Below, one piece after another: positions 25,307 to 37,889 of a stretch of DNA of 64,000 bases. Positions within the stretch are counted from its first letter, which is position 1. Each line of letters starts with the position of its first letter. The notes beneath the pieces were generated by a model, which was not told the DNA's origin, made no database searches, and saw only the letters and a program-made list of their open reading frames with translations. Source of the DNA: Takakia lepidozioides (lineage: Eukaryota > Plantae > Bryophyta). The DNA lies in assembly GCA_030704615.1 (NCBI GenBank), contig CM060734.1, forward strand, positions 25,358,001 to 25,422,000, written 5' to 3'. Position numbers and translations under genes: made by a program.

Positions 25307-26335
25307 TCAACGCTTCTTCCGCTTTTGAGGTCGCCCTTCGAAAACTGCAACCGCCTCGGATGCGTTTCCCATTTCTGAGGCACGCACCCAAGATGCCTCC
25401 ACCTGATGATAGCCCTTCCATTTGACGAGATACTCCATTTCTCGGTTCTTGAACCTCCTCGACTTAAGTATTGCCTCCACCTCGTACTCAGGTTCATTTT
25501 CATGATCCAACAGCATAGGTGGCGGACGCAACACTTGATGCCGATTCGGACGCACTTCGTCTTTGAAGTAAGGCTTCAAAAGGGAGACATGGAATATTGG
25601 GTGCACCTTGCTGTTTGCCGGCAGCTCCAATTCATACACATCCTCATTCATGACCTGCCGAATGCGAAAGGGTCCCGCATATGGAGGTACAAACTTCGGA
25701 CTCACTTCCGGAGGTAGTCGGAAATTCTTGATGTTCAACCAGACCTCCGTGCCTGCCTCAAACTTCACTTCCCTCCGCTTCCGATTCGCCTACCTTTCAT
25801 ACCGTTTCCTAGCTTTGGAAATGTTGTACTTTGCGAGCTTCAACAAACGCTCGCGTTCTTCTAGTACCTCCGCTACTGCCGGTTCCTCAACGTCCTGGGC
25901 GGCCCAACTTGTCGGCACCAGGGGTGCTTTTCCATAGACCAATACGAAAGGGGAAACTCCCGTTGCGGAGTGTTCTGTGTTATTATAACAGAACTCTGCC
26001 GCGTCTAAGTGTTCCACCCAGTCTGTTTGGTCTGTCGACACGTAATTCCGCAGGATCTGTTTCACTACGGAATTCACTCTTTCTGTTTGGCCGTCGGTCG
26101 TAGGTCGGAAGGCGGTGCTCATCTTCAGCCTCGTCCCCATCTTCTTCCAAAGTGCCCTCCAAAATTTACTCGTAAACTTTGGATCGCGGTCCGAGACAAT
26201 ATCCTTCGGGACTCCATGATGCGTTAAGACGTGGGCGAAGTAAAGTCGCCCTGTTTCCTGCGTCGTTGCTGTCTCCTTGGTGGGGATGAAATGACCCATT
26301 TTACTGAACCTATCCACCACCACCATGATTACCAA
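25307..26335 (-). pseudogene. Chromovirus integrase core + GPF + chromodomain, one in-frame stop
   Basis: VVVDRFSKMGHFIP, IVSDRDPKFTSKFW, STAFRPTTDGQTERVN, YAGPFRI, HPIFHVSLLKPY, EYEVEAILKSR..EYLVKWKGY..ASW; single TAG at 25790-25792. Confidence 0.95.
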
Positions 26336-27053
26336 GGCAAGTGACCTGGTAGTGGCAATGGAGCCAACCCTGCTGGTACCATGATTGGGATATCCGGAGC
26401 AAGCGGTGCTGGTGGAGGCGCCGGTGCCTATGGTGGTTGTGGCTGCACCATTGGTTGCTGTGGCTGCGCCATTGAACCTCCTGGGCTCAACGGTGGATTA
26501 GACGCTGGACTACTGGGTCTAGCTGGGCTTAAAGGTGGAGAAGATACTGAAGATTCAGAACCTTCAGAGTTCTGTCCATTCAAATCTATATTCAGGTGAT
26601 CTATAGGTTGATTAATCGAAGTCTCTTCCGTTTCTTCTTCAGATGTTGTTACTTGAACTGTACTTCAGGGTAATTGAAAAATCTTTCTCTAATCGCTACG
26701 CGAAATATTCTACGTCTAAGTCTAGGATCTGTCCCTCCGGAATCTGTACTAGGACTATGATGGGAGCTAGAAGCAGAATTCGACATTCATCTTTGCTAGT
26801 TGGTTTATCATGTTAGCGTCGCCTACACTATCAAGGCTCTCATCCCCTAATTGACACGAGGACATGGTGTGGTAATGTCATTTGTACTGTTCTCTCAAAT
26901 GACACATCCGATCGTTGCTATCATTGTTCTTTTTGCACAGCCATTTTCAATCGTTGAGAATACTTCATAAAACAGTTTATCATCAAAACAACAAGCAAGA
27001 TTTTAAAGAATTCAAAGCAGCTAGTCTAACTCCCGGCAGACGCACCAAAAATA
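26336..27053 (-). mobile_element. 5' internal region (PBS, UTR, Pro-rich gag start) of the long-LTR element, truncated and fused to the chromovirus integrase
   Basis: PBS adjacent to the end of LTR L2. The minus frame reads ..TTSEEETEETSINQPIDHLNIDLNGQNSEGSESSVSSPPLSPARPSSP..; abrupt junction at ~26336. Confidence 0.7.
27029..27047 (-). promoter_or_regulatory. Primer-binding site complementary to the tRNA-Gly(UCC) 3' end
   Basis: Plus strand ACTCCCGGCAGACGCACCA equals the 3' end + CCA of plant tRNA-Gly(UCC) as I recall it; it lies 6 nt from the LTR end. Confidence 0.8.
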
Positions 27054-28134
27054 TGTCAACCATTAATGCACCCCATTAACAGTTGCATACTTAATTTAGG
27101 GTTCGTGTTAGACAGAGCTAGGTTAGGTCCCGAAGGCGCCGCTTAGCCTTGAGGTGCTGCTCTTGTTGAGTTTCCCATTTTTTTTCGTCTTATATATTTT
27201 TATAAGTCTTGCGTTTGTAAATTTCTATCCAACGGTTAGTACTAGCTCATTGACGTGTTTACAAAAAAAAAAACAATAGTCTAGAAATAAGTACTGCGAA
27301 TGTATAATTACTCTTGGGATAAGAATTATTAGTTTAGAGGTATATATATGTATATATGTATATATATATATATAGACATATTCTAGTGTAAAAATTACTT
27401 AAAGGAAAATCACAAAATGGTTTATAATATCCCACCTAATTTTTATTATTTAGTCTCTTTTGTGAATATTTGTATATATATATATATATATATATAATTA
27501 AGTCTAAAAGATAGAGATGTATTTATTTATTTGTTAATAATTTCAATTGATTTATGTTAGTAAAGAACGCCCGACTATATCCCAATGACGTTCTTTAATA
27601 TAAAAGAAAAAAAATAAACAGAAGACTGGTGCTACAGGAGAGGGATTTGAACTCCCGACACCAGTCGATCTAGTAATCCTCCTTAACCACCAAATCCATG
27701 TTCATTCATTGAATCAAACTCAGTCATCTACATATTTATAATAGGTGTAGCGGGGTCTTAAGAATTAAATACAAGAAAACGAGCTACAGAGGATAATGTG
27801 GCCAAAGGGAATTGAACCCTCGGCCTGCGTTTTGGTACTAACTTCCCTAACCACTAAGCCCAAATTCATGTGTTACAATATCAATGTTGCATTAATTACT
27901 TTAACACAATACGTCTTAAGGGAGCACGTTTTATGGTGTCTCTTCAACCACGAAGGGTCACTGCATTCCGTCAATTTCGAATGACATTTTATGGATCCGT
28001 GGATTGTTGCGGCGGTTAGAACCTTGCTATGGCATCGGCAAAAAAAATCAGAAGTTAAATTCAGGACAGTAGATGGCTGCTTGGCTGGGATCTTATGGGC
28101 AATAGATAGGGGAAATCATCTGAAGCTCGGGTCA

Positions 28135-28445
28135 GACGTGTTGAGGGGCACAAACTGTCTTTTCAAAAGTTCCTTGAACCCACTCCAGTTCAAGGTTTCT
28201 GGGTTTGGCCCTTGGTCATGAAGGCGCTTCTGCCACCATTGTTGAGCATAGCCCCTCAAATAGGTGGGAGCCACTTCCACCCGATCCTCGTCACTCAACT
28301 TGGCCGCCCGGAAGTACTGCTCCAGCTCCAAGAGCTAGGTGTTGAGTGCCTTCCGATTTCGGACGCCCTCGAAGGTGCCGGGTTCCTTAGGCTTCACCTT
28401 AAACTTCGCCTTAGTGGAAGTGGCATTAGCCGCCCTCATCACGTC
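28135..28445 (-). mobile_element. Gypsy gag fragment inserted in LTR L2
   Basis: KPKEPGTFEGVRNRKALNT*LLELEQYF..YLRGYAQQWW..NWSGFKELLKRQF; absent from L1, where 18 bp occupy the site. Confidence 0.88.
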
Positions 28446-29984
28446 AACATCAGGGACAGTGAATCATCGGATAAGCGGTTAGAAATTTTCAGATTCGGCA
28501 ATACTTCTCATTGACACGGGTAGGTAGGTTTATAAGCTCCTACATGTGAATGTGATTTGACATGTTGCAATAAGCTTGAGAGAACATCATTTCACTCCCC
28601 GGTTCTGGCTGTATATCAGGCCATCTGATTCATACTTCTGGTTGTTCAAGACTTCTCCTCTTTGACAAAGGTATTTAAATTCCAAGGCAAGATTCCACTA
28701 GCCTTTTAAATATCCACCTTATGCTTCTTTGACTAATTTCAAGAGAAACATTAGGCATTGGTTAGAGCAAAATTCAAGGCTAACTTCCAAACGGCTTCCA
28801 AGCGCTCTTAACTGCTCGTCCCTAGCTGTGCCAAAACACCCCCTTCAGTTTCAGAGATAAGTACCCCTGCTGATCAGAATAAAGAACTAAGTATTGAAGA
28901 TCAGAAGTCTTTTGAGTTACAAAAAAAAAAACTGCTTGCAGACAATCAAATTCATACCCGTTCTGATAGACTGCGCGCACGAACAAGTATCTCTAGAATT
29001 GTTAATGACAAGTGTAAAGCGTCCAAGGGACATGTTTTGAACAGTTGTGTCTTTTCATGTACGAATCCATGGTCGCTTGATATTGCGGCACGCACTGCCA
29101 TCCTCGCACGCCGCTCTACGTTATGCAGAAGCTGCTGATCAGGACCCCTCTCTCGGTCGATTGCTCTCCTCTCGAACACTCTTCACACTGCGTTCTCCAA
29201 GATTGAGTAAGCTGATCGTTGAACCGCCGTTCTGCCTATTATTTTCAACTCCTCGATGGACTTTGGAAAAAAAAATTTCGTCTGATTCTACTAAATTAAC
29301 TAATCTTGACAAGGGAGACTAGTAGGAGAGAGAGAGAGAGAAGGAAAGAGAGAGCGCGAGCGAGGAAGAGAGAGTGAAGGAAGAACAAGAGAGGAACTAG
29401 ATTATCCCCGTTCTTCCTTTCGCCGGCTGATTTATATCAGTCCGTCGTCCTACATCCGTCACTTGTTTTGACGATTTTCATTCATCCCTTTCTAAAAAAT
29501 AATAAATCATCACTGGTGCATTTAAGCACCGATACCTAGTTAAAGTTTTTAATTAATTTACCCTAGAGTGTTCATTTATATATATATATATATATATATA
29601 ATCCTTCAGATCTGCGCCCTCCACCTGAACGGTCCAGATCGAACCATGTGTTTTCTCCTCCATCCATTGTCATCCGTCCAGAGATCCAGCCCGTAATCCA
29701 TCCATCCCTGGTTCCATTCGCTGATTTCATCCATTTTCATTCTTCCTCATAATTTTCATCTATATGTAACTTTCATCCATCCAGGGACATGACCAACTTA
29801 AGTTGGTACATGACCAACTTAAATTGATACATGAACGTTTTAAATCCTCATGAATGTTGCTCCTCATCCATGTCATTCATCCATTTGGGAAGTGGGGATC
29901 GCTACCCTTGATCAACCAATATCCAGCGATTCACATTTATCCTTGTTTTCCCATTAGATCCCTTTCCCGTGCTATGTTGAGATC

Positions 29985-30582
29985 TAGGAGAGGTTCCCAT
30001 GCTTGAAGTAGCGAGTTGTAGCGTTGTTCTGAGAGTCGTCTGCTGGTGAGATCTTCCAGCAAGATAAGCATATTTTCTTGCATTTGCTAACTTACAAAGA
30101 CATCGATCCTGAATCATTCTTGGCGTTGAAGACTATTCGTTGAGACTAAATCATACCTCCATACCATGTAGCCTCTAGGGTACTGTCCGCAAACCAAAAG
30201 CTGAGTTCCTATAACTGTTGACTCCTTGTTGGAAACTTCCAAGGTGTAATCCACAGAGCAGTCTGGTAGCCATCGCCAACGCGTACTAACGGAATCAAAC
30301 GCCCACCACTTCCGTGCACTTACGAGAGGCTGTACAGTGTGTGCAGGCCCAGCCAGCATGTAAACCCATTCCTCCTTGATCTCTACCCGTTTTGCGAATT
30401 TCAAAGACGTCGTTGCGGCCTTCGTCATCAACCACCGCTAGCGCATTCTGCCATTTCTTACAACCACCTGTCAACGGTAAATAATAAGAGCGAGGCACCC
30501 GTGCAACGCATTCTAGTGTCACATGGTCTGTCAATCCCGGAATCAAGGAGTTGTCCTTCGACTCGTCCTCCGTCTCTGCCAT
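29985..30582 (-). pseudogene. Captured F-box/kelch fragment inside LTR L2
   Basis: MAETEDESKDNSLIPGLTDHVTLECVARVPRSYY...; has an extra frameshift relative to L1. Confidence 0.88.
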
Positions 30583-32210
30583 TGCTAGAATTCCATTTTA
30601 TTTATGATTTCTTAATATGATTTCATACTAAACTTCATAAAATATATACTAATGTACATCAAATGTGCTATTCTAAATTATGATCGGAAAAAGTGATCGA
30701 CACCAATGAATGAGGCATGGGGGCTGGAATTTGATAATGGTTGTGGGGAGGTGGTGAACAGAGTGTGGGGTATGTGTGGTTGTGAAGGGCCTGATTAGCA
30801 TAAATTTTGTGGGGTGTGATGGAGGCATGGGTGTTAGGTTGGGGTGACAGGAGGTGTTCTCTTTAGAGGAAGGGCTGGATGGCTTGCATTGTGACTTGGC
30901 TGGATGGACTAAGTGGAGTGTAGTTATGGTGGGCAACCATGGTGGGTATGGTAGAGTAGTATGAGCAGGTAATAGAGAGAATGGGCTGGGTGGGCAGTGA
31001 TACTTAACCGAGATTGCAGTATTGAGTATTCAGGGTGAACTGAGCGGATTCGGAGAAGTAAAATTGGGGGGGGGGTGTTTGAGCTCGGGAGGTATACCAC
31101 GGGAAGTATAGCAATTTGATTAATGAGGGGGCTAATGGCACCCAAGAGCGGCTGGCTAGTATATGATTGTAAGCGGAGGGTGTGTAAAATGACTATAGAA
31201 CCGGGTATACTTTGACAGGCGAGGAGTCTCGCAGCGGGGCGGAGCTCCGCCCTCCCGCCGCCAGTTTCTGCTTAATATTTAGCCATGACTAATTCTATAG
31301 GGTTTCACCTACTTTCCGCTTTTATCACTGTTATTACCTCTGTCTTTAGCGGTTCCTCTAAGGTACCCTCAGCTACGAGTCTAGCTCCATCTCCCGCCAT
31401 AGCTCGCTTTGTGGCTTCTCACACTGCCAAGCAGTCCCCCAACATCTCTACGTCCCTCCTCCCCACCTGTAAGATTCGCCTCTTTTCCACGCTTCTTTCA
31501 AGCTATCTTTCGCTCATTTTCTTATCGTTTTATGGGCAAGTTTTACGACTGCCCTCTGCCTCCCCTCCCATTGGTCTTTACGCATCAGGTCTCATGTTTG
31601 TTACCCCGCCTGCACGCTCAGAGATCACCACACCAACAGCTCCGCGTGCTACCTTATGGTTTATACGCTTCTTCGAACTGTGGGTACTATCGCTCCTCAC
31701 TTTGGCATATTCAAGCTCCCCCCTGTGGTGGTGGAAGCTCTACCACCCACACCTTCTCTATCAGAAATGGAGCTACGACTTGACCGGTATGCCTACAGTG
31801 ACGCACCGCCCATTTTGGGTTGCTCTGCCTACTTCAAGCTTGTATACAGTCAACACGGTATGGCTGCTTCCCCCAACAGAGCACCCTGCTCCCAACCGGT
31901 GCTTCATTCGATGCACAGCCTCTCAGTTATATGCCTGTGATGGTGGCAAGCTGGACAGGTGGCTACCATTCCACCCCCCCTCTCTTAATCAAGCTAAGCA
32001 GACCTGTATGATGCACAGTACTCAAACAGTGGAGCATTTGATCTGGTGGATCCCATCTCTAATAGAAGGCCCGAGGGGGTGGTGGCCTTCTATCTCTCGG
32101 CATGTCTACAAACAGTATCACCGAGATTCCAGGGTAAAGGTTGTGATGGCAGGCCCAACGCCAACCTCCATCAACTCAACCCCTACTCATCCTCCACTCA
32201 AATTCTATAT

Positions 32211-33065
32211 CATTTCTCCTCCCTCCATACTCGACCCCATATTCCACTCTTTATTCTTTCTCCAATTTTTGCTCAACGGTCATCCTACATCATGTTGCTG
32301 ACAGGTCTTACACAATTCTGTACTATTGCTCATCCCAATCTGCCTGACTCACCCTCAATGTACTCTCCCCCCCAGACCCAATATTCACAACCTCCAGTTT
32401 TGCGTCAGCCACCACCTTTGGTCCCTCTCTATTCCATAACCCACTGCATCCCAGACACTACATCCCCCACCACTCATTCTACACCCCAAAGTTTCACAGT
32501 GAACCACCCCTGCCAGCCTAAATTTTCACAAACTACTCTACTCATGTACTGGCTTCTTGCTTCATGTCCAGCCTCTTGGCTCCCCAACTCAGCTTCATGC
32601 CCTCTGTTTGCCAACCCTACCAGTAACAACCAATGTCATTTCTCCCCCCACCATACTCAACCCGGCATATCCCACTCTTTATTCCTTCTCCAATTTTTGC
32701 TCAACAGTCATCCCACATCATGTTGCTGCCAGGTCTTACACAATGTTGTATTGCTCAACCCAACTTGCCCAGCTCGCCCTTAATGTACCGCCCCCCCCCC
32801 CCCCCCACAAATCCTATATTCACGACCTCTAGATAATAGTCAGCCACCACCTTTGGCCCTTCCCTACTCCATCACCCACTGCATCACAGGCACAAAATCC
32901 CCCACTACTCATTCTACACCCCAAAATTCCACAGTGAACTACCCCTGTCAGCCTATGTCTTCACTAACTACACTGCTCATGTGCTGGCTCCCTTATTCTT
33001 CTCCGCCTCTTGGCCCTCCAACTCAGCTTCATGCCCACTGTTTGCCAACCCTGTCAATAACAACC
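32211..33065 (+). repeat. Diverged tandem duplication, ~426-bp unit x2
   Basis: CATTTCTCC..CCACTCTTTATTC..CCAATTTTTGCTCAAC..CAACTCAGCTTCATGCCC recurs at 32211 and 32637. Confidence 0.85.
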
Positions 33066-35410
33066 AGGCCCCCAGTACTTACTTCCATGGAACTCTCAAC
33101 CACTGCGTGACCTTTACTCCTCTCTCACTGTCATGTTGCATTACCCTGCTCAATTGTACAACGTGTGTTACATTGCCATCATTCTCTGCCCCCTGTACTA
33201 ATTTCCATCTCTCTTTTACAGGCTCTGTGACAAATTTCCATTCAATGCTACACATATGTTCCACATATGTACCCTATATGTACTGCCAGTACCTAGATGG
33301 CCCCTGGGTTCAAGGGAAGTCTTCCCTACCCCTCTGGCCCAACCGTACACATCACCACTTACCTCTACTATTCAAGTCCAATGCAACTTCTTGCTCAACT
33401 CTGCTACATACAACAAGTACTACCCAACGCTCTTATCCAGGCGACCCCAGTTGTTCAAGCTAGTCTTCGCTGCCCAGTTGCCCCAACAGTATACATTATT
33501 ACTTCGTCCTACTGTTCAAGCACATTGTCCCTGGCAACTTGCCAGCTCAGTTATTTCCCTGGTTGCCCCAATCTAATTGCTCAAGTATACGTCCCCTCAC
33601 CCCCTATCAACCAGTGTACAGCCTCTCCAAAGGTAAATGTTCTGACCTACCTTTCCTCACTCTCTCTGAGAAGTTATTGTATCCGCTTCATGATTTCTCC
33701 TCCATGCACTGCCCCCCTGTTTTCACTCTTCAGCTGCTGTCTGTCAGGCCCAATAACCACCGAATCACCCACAAAAAGGAGCTCTATAGGCCTACCTGTC
33801 CAGACTCTTCCCTGCCCTGCTTTAGTGACCTCTCCCATAGGTCTACTCCCTGCCCCTACCCTATGTGCGGCTGCCATCCCCTCACTTTTCTCGACTCTCC
33901 CCTTCTCTACAATTATCTTACAAGGCCCCAACCCACGCTAGAATTTACAAATTGATCTTACTCTCCACTGGCTTGCATTCTAACTATCACCTCTTTCTTG
34001 CAGTCTTCTCATCAAACATTCACCACCCAGCACACCCATTCTCTCTCCCCCCCCCCCCCCCCGGGGCTCTCAGATCCAATGGTTCTCTATATCTCAATCA
34101 ATTCTGTGCATATGCCCCGCATATGCTTATGTTGTCCCAACGCAAAGGCTCTCTTTACCCCTATCAAATATACACATATCCTGCATATGTACCCACACCA
34201 CACAAAATTCCCCACCACATTCTCACATCCTAGGACTCTGGGCAGAATTTTGCCCTTTCATTATAAAGAGCCCTTTACCCCAACTATACATCATCTATCC
34301 AGCACTCATGCCCTATACACCACAATTCATCAAGTACCACACATAAGCAATATAGCCCACTTACCATTTGCGATGGCTATCTTAGCCCCGCCAATCTGTA
34401 TACGACCCCTGCCTCCCCCCAACCCACATATCACACTACCCTACTAGCTTAAACTCGGCCCCTATGCCACTCCAAACCTTGTACGCGGTGCCCTGCCCGC
34501 CCAAAGATCCGCTGGCCACAAACTTACCTGGCACCCCATGCCCAGGAACTTGTCAGCCATACTTGGCAACTCCACCACATGCAGCACCCAGCATACCATT
34601 ACACATACCCAGCCCCCCCCCCTTGTGTACTGCACGGGGAACGCAACCTACGACTTATTACCCCCAAAACCCCAGCGTTCATCAAACACGGGCATCAATG
34701 CCACAACCAACATCACTGGCTCATGTTTAATTCTCCCCCATTCACAACCCCCTACCCTTGCATGCGTCTGATAAAAGCTGCCAACCCACATTTGATGATA
34801 CACCCTTCCGCAGGCTGTAATGATTTTAACCTCTTAATGCCCAACTCTTTAAGTTGGATTAATGCCCCCCCTCCTAGTAATCGCCACCTCTTTCTATTTA
34901 ACTCAGCGCCGACACCCCCCAATCACCATATCCAATTTCATACAAAGTACACAGAACAGCGCTGTCCACGGATAGAAGCTTATCACCACCTCGCACTGCG
35001 CTTACACATCTTAATACCCCCCCTTACTCAAGCATCTCACAGCTATCGCTTAGGCGCAAATGGTTAACGGCTCCAATTAATACACCAGGAAGCTCTTGCC
35101 CCCATGAACTAGAACGACGTTGCCAAACTGTCCCCGCATATAGTTTGCAGCCACCCTCCGCGGCAAACACTTCCTTCCCTCCACCACCTTGGCAATTTTG
35201 TCTAAGCTTTCATCCTCCACTCTTTGCGCCCTGCCCATTGCCACAGCTACCAGCTGTAGGCTCTCACCCACGCATGTCTATCTCCAAACTTGTAAGTATG
35301 CAAGTAGTATCCAAAAACACCATCATTCTCTTTCTAACATAGTTGCCCGCAGCAAAAGAACCAGTTCACACCCGCTCTCGGCACACCGCTCCACGTCAAG
35401 GGCCAGTCCA

Positions 35411-37260
35411 ATGGACAAGGATTACAACATGGACATCCGCCAGGAAGAAGGAATGGACGCCAGCGACATGCACCCCTCCGACGAATTATTCTTTGCAGCT
35501 GAGAATGCATGCCAGGCCCGCTCCACAGAAAGCCCTGCGAAGGCCAACAACGAACAAACACCAGGAGGGCTTGCAGCTACACCCCCACTGATATCAACGA
35601 CACCCGAGTAGAGACGTGCGCCACCCCACACAACACTCACCTCGCCAGCGGAGCTCCTAGCTATCAACCCCCGCACAAGGCGAACCGCGAGCGAATCCAA
35701 CAGCGAAGCAGGTAGCAGTCATTCCGATCCAAAAAAATCAAAGGGCCCAGTGACACCAAGTCCCACACCACACAATGACTCCCTGATTTTTTCCAACATG
35801 CTCGAGCAGCATGCGGTGGACTCTGCACTATCTTTTGCTACCGAGGAGCGCTCCTCATTTGAGCTTCAACACATTGGACTCTGCAACTCGGAAATTCATG
35901 AAATGCGCCATTGCCTCAAGGCCTACCCGCACGTTCCCCAGCTTCACTTCCCATCAGTGAGACCGGACGGCCGGGAAGGCCAGCTCCTTCCACTTACCCA
36001 GCTACCAAAAGACACTCAAATTGACCCAGTCTCTAGCCTCTCAGCTTCGCCTCCGCACATTGTGATTCGCTTTGACAGCGATTTGGACATGCCAAAGGAG
36101 TTAGTGCTATATCGGGCCCATAAACGTTTTGAGGTCATGAACATCCCTCTTGGCAACATACTCTATGTATGTCACAGCTTACACCAAGCGGGGGAGCAAA
36201 ATCTGGAACGGTCTTCTCAAGGTGGAGCGTCTGCACCCCGCCACGGACAGCCTAGCACTGCTCCAAGGGAACCGAGCCTTCGTCATGACTATGGCTTCCG
36301 GGGTGCAATGCAAGGTAAAATGGAAAAAGCATATATGACCTTCCTGCCTCTGACTACCTCTCACTCTACTTGGCCAGTCATATCCTACTTGGCAAGATCG
36401 CCAGCAAATTGACCATGCATTTTATCATGGAGACACACCAACACGGGGACGAATTCAAAATAATCCAGGTTCAGAACACAGGCCCGGCATCAAAGTTTTG
36501 TTTTATCTATCTCGCTGCAGAAGACACCAAGAAATGCATGTTAGTACAGGGCGTACGCATTGAGCATACATTGATCAAACCACACATCTGAATCCGTCGT
36601 TCCAGTATGACTGGAATCACCGCAACACCACAGGAGGCCATTGCCGAGCGTGATGCTCTCACTCTCATGGCAAAAAATCTTAACCAGCTCCACTCACAGG
36701 CTGTCACTGAGGCAGCTCTCCTGGGCGTCTTTGGCAAAGATAACACTGAGCATATTCACTTCAACAAAATCGACAAGATGGAGAAAACCCGGCCCACTGG
36801 TATGGCTCTAATCACCCTCAAAAACCCTAGTGTTTATGCTCAATGGTGCAACCGGCCACCTATTCTAGTGATTGACAGGCTCATCAAGTTTGAACCCCAC
36901 ACAAACAGCCTCAACGGGGCGGAAATTCTTGAAAGATTGAGAGTGGCCAATATCAACGCGCTGGCTGACACCGTCGGCTCTCTCACCATCAAATCAGGTT
37001 CGAATTCCAAGCATGAGCACGAATTTTCAATGTTTGAGATTGACAAGAAGCTTGCTACACATGCCATCTCTATCAAAACCGAGTTTAAAGGAGACATGGC
37101 GAGCATGGAGAACAGGGTCGCCCTTACCATTGCAACCCAGCACAAAACACACCATAATTACCTTGTGTCGCTCCAAGACTCCATCACCAAAAATCTTGGA
37201 GCCAACCTGGAAAATTTCTACAACCATGCAAAGCTAGTGTTGGACAAACTACCCCCCCCC
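35411..37260 (+). pseudogene. Disrupted ORF with two RRM-like domains and a C-terminal coiled coil (retroelement ORF1/gag-like)
   Basis: RNP1-like KFCFIYL, RNP2-like TLMAKNL and RNP1-like GMALITL; broken by stops and frameshifts; no ORF2 follows. Confidence 0.5.
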
Positions 37261-37467
37261 CCCCCCCGGCCAGGGGTGCCTAATCAAATCTCTTCCAGCA
37301 CCGCGGCAGATGCACAGGGTAGAGGCCCCAGGCCACTAGCTCTTATTGAGCTCCCATTCACTGTCCCCAGGCTTCAACCCCGTGGAGCCCACTATTGTCA
37401 AAGCGTCATTCCAGCTGCCGCCTGCACCAATGCCGCCCACGCACACCCACAACGCTCAGTTGACGAG

Positions 37468-37548
37468 ATTCTCTTTCCGGGATGGATATCGAATGGGGTC
37501 TGCCGCGTTTTACGTTTCCATTGAGAACGACCACGGAGCTTCCCGTGC
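37468..37548 (+). repeat. 81-bp captured piece of the ParB-like gene
   Basis: 77/81 identical to 57949-58029 (FSFRDGYRMGSAAFYVSIENDHGASRA). Confidence 0.9.
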
Positions 37549-37889
37549 AACACCAACACAACTAATGCTTAAGTCTTCGTCAGGCTACAGCGGCCAAGTT
37601 ACTCTGAGCAGATCACACCAGCTTGCATCACTCACTCTGCTTCCACCACTTCTCTCTCTCTTCACTTTTTTGTAATCCTCGTTTCTATTACGCATACCCT
37701 CGATTCACACAATGACATACCACGACCGCTCTCCCACTGCAATATATTGCATTCCCTGCGTTCCAAGCACTTGCTCACCACACAACGTCCATCAGAGAGA
37801 AGACTCCGGCCAAAGCCGGCGTAACTAAGAGTCACTTCGCCTTACGGCTACTGCCCCCTTTCGGGGGTGGGCCCTATAAAGAAAACAGG

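Larger units (their letters stand above)
27054..30702 (-). mobile_element. LTR copy L2 (inverted relative to L1), with a 311-bp gag insert
   Basis: Reverse complement of 15214-18561; TG..CA ends; followed by the PBS in sense orientation. Confidence 0.9.

Noticed and set aside
15334-30582. Inverted duplicate pair of genuine host F-box genes
   Set aside because: Both copies are truncated/frameshifted and lie inside TG..CA-bounded LTR copies with PBS/TSD evidence.
31285-32301. 338-aa ORF, and other ORFs in 31-35 kb, as real genes
   Set aside because: C-rich, G-poor skew suppresses stop codons; no domain motifs; overlapping ORFs occur in several frames.
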